Assembly: GCA_001543015.1 (NCBI GenBank) | Contig: LFLC01000057.1 | Location: 27,457 to 91,456, forward strand | Source of the DNA: Nitrosopumilus sp. LS_AOA | GTDB taxonomy: Archaea; Thermoproteota; Nitrososphaeria; Nitrososphaerales; Nitrosopumilaceae | Reading direction: 5' to 3' | DNA length: 64,000 nt | Shown here: in pieces, positions 57,675-64,000 of the stretch | How positions within the stretch are numbered: position 1 is the stretch's first letter | Layout: each line of letters starts with the position of its first letter | Position numbers and translations under genes: made by a program | Notes under the pieces: model-generated | The model's input: only the letters and a program-made list of their open reading frames with translations | Told to the model about the DNA's origin: nothing | Database searches by the model: none

Positions 57675-58685
57675 GTGACAGAAGAAAAAAAGAAAAAAGT
57701 AGTTGCATTACTTTCAGGAGGATTAGATAGTCAGCTTGCAGTACGAATGATGCAAGAACAAGGTTTTGAGGTTTCAGCTGTTGCAATAAAAACTCCTTTT
57801 TGTGATTTTGATTGTGGACGAGGTTGTGGATTTGAAATTAGAGAAAGAGCAGATGATCTTAATGTGAATTTAAAAACAGTTTATCTCGGTGATGAATACA
57901 TTGAGATGTTAAAACATCCTAAACATGGAATAGGTGCTGGATTTAATCCATGTGTTGATTGTAGAACAATGATGTTTGATGCAGCAAAAAAACACATGGA
58001 AGAAATTGGTGCAGAGTTTATTATTTCAGGTGAAGTCTTAGGACAACGTCCAATGAGTCAACATGCACCATCATTACACATTATAGAAAATGAATCTAAT
58101 TTGAAAGGAAAAATTGTAAGACCATTATCAGGAGGATTGCTACCACCAACAAATGCAGAAAAAGATGGATTGATCAAAAGAGAAGATCTTGGAATGATTA
58201 GAGGAAGACAAAGAAAAATTCAGATGAAAATGGCTAAAGAATATGGAATTGAAAATCCACCAAATGCAGGTGGTGGTTGTTTGTTAACAGAACCACAGTT
58301 TGGAATTAAAGCTAAAGATTTGTTTGATCATATTGAAACTCCTACAATTAACGAAATTGATTTATTAAAAATTGGAAGACACTTTAGATTAGATGAGGAA
58401 ACAAAATTTGTGGTGGGAAGAAATCAGGATGAAAATGAAATGATCAAAGCATTAGCATTACCTGGTGATATTTTACTTGAGGCTAGAGATGATCTAGGAC
58501 CAGTTTCAATTTTACGTGGCAAGAATGCAAAAGATAATGTAAAATTTGCATCATCAATTACACTCAGGTATTCAGATGCTCCTAAAGGACAACAAGGAGT
58601 AATCATAGTTAAGAAAGGTGATTTGTCTGAAGAAATTAAAACAGATAGAGCAGAAGAAGAATCTTACATTAAATTTAGAATGTAG
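57675..58685 (+). CDS. PP-loop tRNA thiouridylase-like protein (ThiI-like/DUF814)
   Basis: LLSGGLDS, NPCVDCR, GEVLGQRPMSQ, GGCLLT; likely GTG start at 57675. Confidence 0.8.
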   Translation: MTEEKKKKVVALLSGGLDSQLAVRMMQEQGFEVSAVAIKTPFCDFDCGRGCGFEIRERADDLNVNLKTVYLGDEYIEMLKHPKHGIGAGFNPCVDCRTMMFDAAKKHMEEIGAEFIISGEVLGQRPMSQHAPSLHIIENESNLKGKIVRPLSGGLLPPTNAEKDGLIKREDLGMIRGRQRKIQMKMAKEYGIENPPNAGGGCLLTEPQFGIKAKDLFDHIETPTINEIDLLKIGRHFRLDEETKFVVGRNQDENEMIKALALPGDILLEARDDLGPVSILRGKNAKDNVKFASSITLRYSDAPKGQQGVIIVKKGDLSEEIKTDRAEEESYIKFRM

Positions 58686-58758
58686 GCGTGAAGTTTTTAA
58701 TAAATTGATTAAAACTAAGGAAGAGTTTTTGAGGAAGTAGATCTCATTTTCAACAAGG

Positions 58759-59037
58759 ATGCAAAAACAAGAAACACCCACATATTTGAAAGCCATAACA
58801 ATTAGAGACATCAGTGATGTTCATTCTATTCAAGAAGATATCAAAAAAGGTATGATTCTAATTCTAAGAGTAACACCATTGGCACAAAAAGATGTTGAAC
58901 AATTACGCAAAGTTGTAGAAGAATTGTATTCTATTGCAAAAAATTCTAATGCAGAAATTGCAAGATTAGGTGAGGAGAGAATTATTATTGCTCCATCAAA
59001 TATTAAAATCTGGAAACCAGAATACGATCTAAAATAA
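58759..59037 (+). CDS. sepF: Archaeal SepF-like protein
   Basis: GMILIL...IARLGEERIIIAP.NIKI pattern. Confidence 0.75.
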   Translation: MQKQETPTYLKAITIRDISDVHSIQEDIKKGMILILRVTPLAQKDVEQLRKVVEELYSIAKNSNAEIARLGEERIIIAPSNIKIWKPEYDLK

Positions 59038-60969
59038 TTTAATTGCTTCTTGAACTTGGGGATAATGTGCAGGTACTCTATACATTCGTCTAATATTCAT
59101 TGCAAGATTTTCTGATTTTGAACGTTCACCGTGATTAACTAAAACTCTTCTAAGTTTAGGTCTTAGTCTTTGTACAAATGACATTAATTGATTATAATCA
59201 CTGTGTCCACTGAATCCATCTAGTCTTTCAACACTACAATTGATCGTTACAACTTCTACTTTCCCTTCTTTGCCTAACATAGTTGCTTGTTTAGATCCAT
59301 CAAGAACTCTTCTACCCAAAGTTCCATTTACCTGATATGATACAAACAAAACCTTATTCTTTTTGTCAGGTGCAATGTTTTTGAAGTATTCTAAAACAGG
59401 ACCTCCTTCTAACATTCCGGATGTTGCTAAAATAATACAAGGAGAATCTTCTCTTAGTGGCTCTTCTCTTGCATCTGCATGTTCAATATTAGTGAAATAT
59501 TCAGAATCAAATGGATTATCATCAGTCTCTAAGATTTTTTGTTTTAGTTCTCTTGCAAGATATTCAGGATATGATTCATGTATAGCTGATGCCTCAGAGA
59601 TCATTCCTTCTGTAAATACTGGAGATTCAACCATTTCTCCTGATTTCATGTAATGATCAATTACCATCATAATTTCTTGTGCACGGCCAACTGCAGGAAT
59701 AGGAATCAAGACTTTTCCTCCATCAGCTAATGTATTGTTTACTGCATTAATGAAAGCAGATTCTACTTCTTGTCTAGTTGGTTGTATGTCTTCTTTAAGT
59801 CCATAGGTACTTTCAATCAATAATGTTTCTACTCTGGGGAAATTCCAACTAGCAGCTTCAAACAAAATACTTTTTCCAAATTTAATATCACCAGAATATA
59901 CAAAGTTATGATCTCCATTTCCAATATGAAAATGACATAAAGCAGAACCTAAAATATGACCTGCATTTGCAAGAACTAATTTAATGTCAGGGGAAATATC
60001 AGTTACAGTTCCATAAGGTAAAGTAATTGTTTGTCTCATAATTTGTTTAACATCTCGTTCAGAGTAAATTGGAGTTCTTCCTTGTGCTGCCGCTACTTTG
60101 ATTGCATCTAATTGAATTAGATTCATCATTGGAAGTGTTGGTTCAGTACAATAAATTGGGCCTTTGTATCCATATTTTGCCAAAGTAGGTAGGAATCCAG
60201 TATGATCTAAATGTGCATGTCCAATTACTATTGCATCAAGATCATCTAATGTTATATCAAGAGAATCTAATCTTGGAAATGAATCCATTGGAGAACGGGC
60301 ACCAGGATTAATTCCACAATCAATTAAGATCTTACTTTCAGGAGTGGATAATAGCATTGAAGATCTTCCAACTTGTCCAAATCCACCAAGAGTATAGAGA
60401 GAAACTTCAGTTCTTTGAGATAATCTAGGTCTAAAAATATCGTCACCGACTTGTTTGAGTTGTTTAGCTCTTTCAGAGGAGGCTTGTTTTAGAGTTGCAT
60501 TGATTGTTTGAATTGTCCGTGAGGGAATAGTTGTAGCTTTTCTAATACGTAATCTCCAACCTATTTTCTCAGTTACTTCAGCATGATTGAATTCTTTTGC
60601 ATTTCTTTGTAATAACCAAGGTCTTTTCACTTCAATTGATACTTCACCAGTAGTAGTATCAAAAATAGTTCCCTGTAGATTTGCTTCTTTTGGAACACAT
60701 TCTGCAAGAATTTTTCTAGCCTCAGTTTCTGGTTTTCTAATTGACTCATCTGTTCTGATTACAATTCTTTTTTTAATTACATTTACAAGATTTGAAATTA
60801 TGTCATTATGTTCCAACAAAAATCGTGGTGTGTTTGTATAAAGTGCAATTCTTGGTCCTTCGTATTCTATTTTTGTTATGCTTGCTTCTTTTGGTATACT
60901 TTGCAGTATGGTGGCCATTATATTCTGGCTACTAGGAGGTAATTCTTTTTGTTGTTGTTTTCGTTGCAT
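59029..60969 (-). CDS. fttA: aCPSF1/FttA KH-domain beta-CASP ribonuclease
   Basis: YEGP, GGFGQVGRS, HAHLDH, AGHILGS, FSGHSD, NHGE; start MQRK (60969). Confidence 0.95.
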   Translation of the reverse strand: MQRKQQQKELPPSSQNIMATILQSIPKEASITKIEYEGPRIALYTNTPRFLLEHNDIISNLVNVIKKRIVIRTDESIRKPETEARKILAECVPKEANLQGTIFDTTTGEVSIEVKRPWLLQRNAKEFNHAEVTEKIGWRLRIRKATTIPSRTIQTINATLKQASSERAKQLKQVGDDIFRPRLSQRTEVSLYTLGGFGQVGRSSMLLSTPESKILIDCGINPGARSPMDSFPRLDSLDITLDDLDAIVIGHAHLDHTGFLPTLAKYGYKGPIYCTEPTLPMMNLIQLDAIKVAAAQGRTPIYSERDVKQIMRQTITLPYGTVTDISPDIKLVLANAGHILGSALCHFHIGNGDHNFVYSGDIKFGKSILFEAASWNFPRVETLLIESTYGLKEDIQPTRQEVESAFINAVNNTLADGGKVLIPIPAVGRAQEIMMVIDHYMKSGEMVESPVFTEGMISEASAIHESYPEYLARELKQKILETDDNPFDSEYFTNIEHADAREEPLREDSPCIILATSGMLEGGPVLEYFKNIAPDKKNKVLFVSYQVNGTLGRRVLDGSKQATMLGKEGKVEVVTINCSVERLDGFSGHSDYNQLMSFVQRLRPKLRRVLVNHGERSKSENLAMNIRRMYRVPAHYPQVQEAIKLF

Positions 60970-60976
60970 TAAATCA

Positions 60977-61609
60977 CTAAAGTTTGATGACTGCTTTCTT
61001 TTGTTCATCAGTCAAAAGACGGAATCCATCTTTATCCATTACTGCGATGTTTATTCCATCACCAGTACCAATGTTTCTAACTATTGCTGCTTTAACAGCT
61101 CGTAGAGCTATTTGTTTTGCTTCCTCAATTGTAAGTTCTTCTCTAAATTCTGCTTCAAGTAAACCATAAGCTACTGGTGAACCACTACCAGTTGTAACAT
61201 ATGATTTTTCTTCAACTGAACCAAACATATCGACATTAAATAATGAAGGACCATTTGCATCAAATCCTCCAAGTAAAATATCAGCCATAAATGGATAGCC
61301 TCTATTTTGATGAAATATCAATGAACAGAGTCTTGCAAGTGAATGAATTGAAATTGAATTTTGTTTGTCTACTCTATGAAGATTTGAATGATAACGTAAA
61401 ATATCAACAATATTTTGTGCGTCTGCAACACCACCAGCAAGAGTCAAGCCTGCATGTAGGTCAATTTGTTGAATTTTCATGGTATTGTTATTTGCTATAA
61501 AATAACCAGCACTGGCTCTCATATCAGCACATAGTACAACCCCATCTTTTGCCTTGATACCTACTGTGGTGGTCCCATGCAGAATTTTTTCTTCAACGTT
61601 ATTTGACAT
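60977..61609 (-). CDS. psmB: Proteasome beta subunit
   Basis: Propeptide HG|TTTVG, ADMRAS, TGSGS. Confidence 0.96.
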   Translation of the reverse strand: MSNNVEEKILHGTTTVGIKAKDGVVLCADMRASAGYFIANNNTMKIQQIDLHAGLTLAGGVADAQNIVDILRYHSNLHRVDKQNSISIHSLARLCSLIFHQNRGYPFMADILLGGFDANGPSLFNVDMFGSVEEKSYVTTGSGSPVAYGLLEAEFREELTIEEAKQIALRAVKAAIVRNIGTGDGINIAVMDKDGFRLLTDEQKKAVIKL

Positions 61610-61685
61610 AAAATATACCTACTAAGATAATGAAATGCCATGTCACCCTTTTAAATAACTTTTTGATCCTTTGAAATCATAAATA

Positions 61686-62750
61686 ATGATAAAAAATCAA
61701 GATCGCATGCAATCACATACAATGGAATTACCCAGGCTCATCAAAATTGGTGAAAAAAACATTGGCGATTTTGGTGATTTTCTATATTTGTTAAATAAGC
61801 CAAAAAAGGTTTCCTTGATTTCAGGAATAAATGTTCAAAAAGTTGTAAAGAAAAAAATCGAAAAATCACTAAAATCAAAAAAAATCAAATTTATTTGGCA
61901 TACATCAAGAGATAATCAAATTAAATCATTGAATCAGATTCAAAAAAATGTAAAAAAAGATAATTCAGATTTGATTGTTGGAATTGGTGGAGGTCGTTCT
62001 GTAGATACAGCAAAATTAATTTCATTTAATTTAGATAAACCATTTGTAAGTTTGCCAACAGCTGCTTCTCATGATGGGATGGCTAGTCCGTTTGTTTCTG
62101 TAAAAAGTGATAAACCTCATTCAATTGTTGCATCTGCACCAATGGGAGTTTTTGTAGATATTGATATCATAAAAAATGCTCCATCAAAATTATTGTCTAG
62201 TGGTTGTGGGGATCTTATTGCAAATATAATAGCAGTAAAAGATTGGAAATTAGGTCACAAAAAGAAAAACGAATACTATGGACGATATGCCGCAAATTTA
62301 GCCTTGATGAGTGCTGAAATAGTCATGGAAAATTCTTCTGAATTTGCAAAGAATGGATTGGATGCAAGAGTGATTGTAGAGGGATTAATCAGTGCAGGAG
62401 TTGCATCATGTATTGCAGGAAGTAGTAGACCATGTTCAGGAGCAGAACATCTTTTTTCACATGCTCTTGATAAAATTGCTCCAGGTATTGGACTTCATGG
62501 AGAAAAATGTGGACTTGGTTCTATAATGATGGCAAAATTGCACAAACAAGATTGGAGAAAAATTGTAAAGACATTGAAAGATGTAGGTGCTCCAACAACT
62601 GCAAAACAAATAGGTCTAAATCCAGATGTAATAATTAAAGCTCTTACCATGGCACAAGAATTAAGACCAGAAAGATATACAATCTTAAAAGAAATTAAAA
62701 TGACTGAAAAGAAAGCTTTGAATCTTGCAAAGAGTACTAAAGTAATTTAA
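61686..62750 (+). CDS. egsA: sn-glycerol-1-phosphate dehydrogenase
   Basis: GGGRSVDTAK, PTAASHDG, SSRPCSGAEHLFSH, HGE, RPERYTIL; start may be 61707. Confidence 0.95.
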   Translation: MIKNQDRMQSHTMELPRLIKIGEKNIGDFGDFLYLLNKPKKVSLISGINVQKVVKKKIEKSLKSKKIKFIWHTSRDNQIKSLNQIQKNVKKDNSDLIVGIGGGRSVDTAKLISFNLDKPFVSLPTAASHDGMASPFVSVKSDKPHSIVASAPMGVFVDIDIIKNAPSKLLSSGCGDLIANIIAVKDWKLGHKKKNEYYGRYAANLALMSAEIVMENSSEFAKNGLDARVIVEGLISAGVASCIAGSSRPCSGAEHLFSHALDKIAPGIGLHGEKCGLGSIMMAKLHKQDWRKIVKTLKDVGAPTTAKQIGLNPDVIIKALTMAQELRPERYTILKEIKMTEKKALNLAKSTKVI

Positions 62751-62751
62751 T

Positions 62752-63528
62752 TTAATTAGTTTTTTGTTCAGGTGTTGTTTTTTTAGTTTCTGTAATTGTT
62801 TCTTTTGTTTTTGTTATTTCAGGTTTCTTTTCTTGAACTTGTTTATTGACATGTGTTTCTACAAAACTTACTTTTTCCAAAGTTGAAACAAATTTGAAAA
62901 TATCTAATTGAATGAAATGTTTCATTATTTGTAAACCGTCAGCACGTAAAATTTCTTCAGGAATATTAACACTAACTTCTTTATCTTTTAAATCAAATGA
63001 AACTTTTGTGTCTTCAACAGGGAATCTATTTTTGAGAATTCCATCAATTTTGTCATTTGGAGAATCAAGAGATTTGATAACATTTACTTCATATAAGATA
63101 GTTTTTCCGGCATATCTGTGATTATAATCAATTTGAACTCTTCCTGAACCAATAAAACGAATAATTCCTCGTTTGTTATCAACTTCAATTGTATCACCTA
63201 CAGATACTTTTTCTGCATCTTCACCTAATTTTCTAGTTGGAATCATTCTAACTTTACCAGTGTCTCTTTCACCAAAGCCTTTGTCAGGTGAAACTTCAAC
63301 TGTTAGTTTATCGCCAACAGATGTTTTTGCAAGTGCTTCATCTAATCCTTTAAGAACTGGATATGATACCTCACCAATTGAAACTAGTTTTGGTTGATAC
63401 TTTACATTTGGTTCATGAATGGAATATTTTTTTGCATCCTCTTCAATAGTTGTATCAAAAACATCTTCACTACCTTTTACCTTTGCAGTATAATCTACTA
63501 AAATTAGTGAACCTTTATCAAATGTCAA
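62752..63528 (-). CDS. Archaeal long-type FKBP peptidyl-prolyl isomerase
   Basis: VDYTAK...FDTT, GFGERD, DYNHRYAGKTI. Confidence 0.9.
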   Translation of the reverse strand: MTFDKGSLILVDYTAKVKGSEDVFDTTIEEDAKKYSIHEPNVKYQPKLVSIGEVSYPVLKGLDEALAKTSVGDKLTVEVSPDKGFGERDTGKVRMIPTRKLGEDAEKVSVGDTIEVDNKRGIIRFIGSGRVQIDYNHRYAGKTILYEVNVIKSLDSPNDKIDGILKNRFPVEDTKVSFDLKDKEVSVNIPEEILRADGLQIMKHFIQLDIFKFVSTLEKVSFVETHVNKQVQEKKPEITKTKETITETKKTTPEQKTN

Positions 63529-63569
63529 TGTGTTCGCTCTCGAATTTCCTTATATTAAGTTAACAAGAT

Positions 63570-64000
63570 TTAGAGAGTTTTTAGTTTTTCATCTGCAGTT
63601 TTGAGTCCTGCTGCAGCATCAGTATCATATCCCATCATTGCCAAAGTAGATGAAATTGCTGAAATAGTTCTCATTACATGATATGGACTCACTTCACCCA
63701 TACATCCAACTCGAAATACCTTACCTTTAAGATCGCCAAATCCACCGGCTACCAAAACTTTGAACTTGTTAGCAAGTGTACTTCGGAATGTTTTGTCTTC
63801 TAGTCCATCTAAATAATTTAATGCGACAATTGAAATTGAACGATCTTCTTCTTTTGCAAATGGTGTTAATCCAATTGCACTTAGTCCAGAGTATAATGCG
63901 TCAGAGCAAACCTTATGACGATTAAAGACATTTTGTAATCCTTCTTCAAGCATTATTGTCAATGCTTCTCTGTATGCGTACATTAGTGGTAATGCAGGAG
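63570..64000 (-). CDS. Class V PLP aminotransferase (serine/alanine-glyoxylate type), 3' part
   Basis: EEGL...RH, VAGG.GDLKGKVFRVGCMG; frame open to the window edge. Confidence 0.85.
   Translation of the reverse strand, partial: PALPLMYAYREALTIMLEEGLQNVFNRHKVCSDALYSGLSAIGLTPFAKEEDRSISIVALNYLDGLEDKTFRSTLANKFKVLVAGGFGDLKGKVFRVGCMGEVSPYHVMRTISAISSTLAMMGYDTDAAAGLKTADEKLKTL

Noticed and set aside
1869..63397. Many 60-136 aa antisense or nested ORFs in the track (e.g. 1869, 2835, 15013, 22726, 34617, 48900, 59363)
   Set aside because: Shadows of well-supported genes on the opposite strand or another frame, with no motifs of their own

Overview
AT-rich, densely coding archaeal chromosome segment. 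Gene content (archaeal A-type ATP synthase, pantoate kinase/phosphopantothenate synthetase, aCPSF1, proteasome beta, EgsA, PEFG-CTERM blue-copper protein, CFI-box and [12 protein letters not shown] surface-protein tails, leader-bearing Amt) points to a Nitrosopumilus-like ammonia-oxidising thaumarchaeon. From left to right: the 5' end of an ATP-cone ribonucleotide reductase preceded by an unusual ArsR-HTH/ATP-cone/catalytically dead class III RNR fusion; a thiolase-DUF35 pair; a ~14 kb metal/surface-protein cluster (three paralogous secreted proteins starting with His, a NikR-family regulator with an altered metal site divergent from a Zn/Mn ABC importer, a CopC-CopD-propeller fusion, a blue-copper protein); divergent pyrB/pyrI; a split ATP synthase locus with unannotated small ORFs; amt with a divergent regulator; a solo degenerate Cas4-like gene; tmk-HD-pyrH; an ABC exporter whose ATPase appears to start at CTG; a CoA operon; and housekeeping genes. 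I saw no rRNA, tRNA, CRISPR array or transposase. All calls come from reading motifs by eye; no database searches were run.
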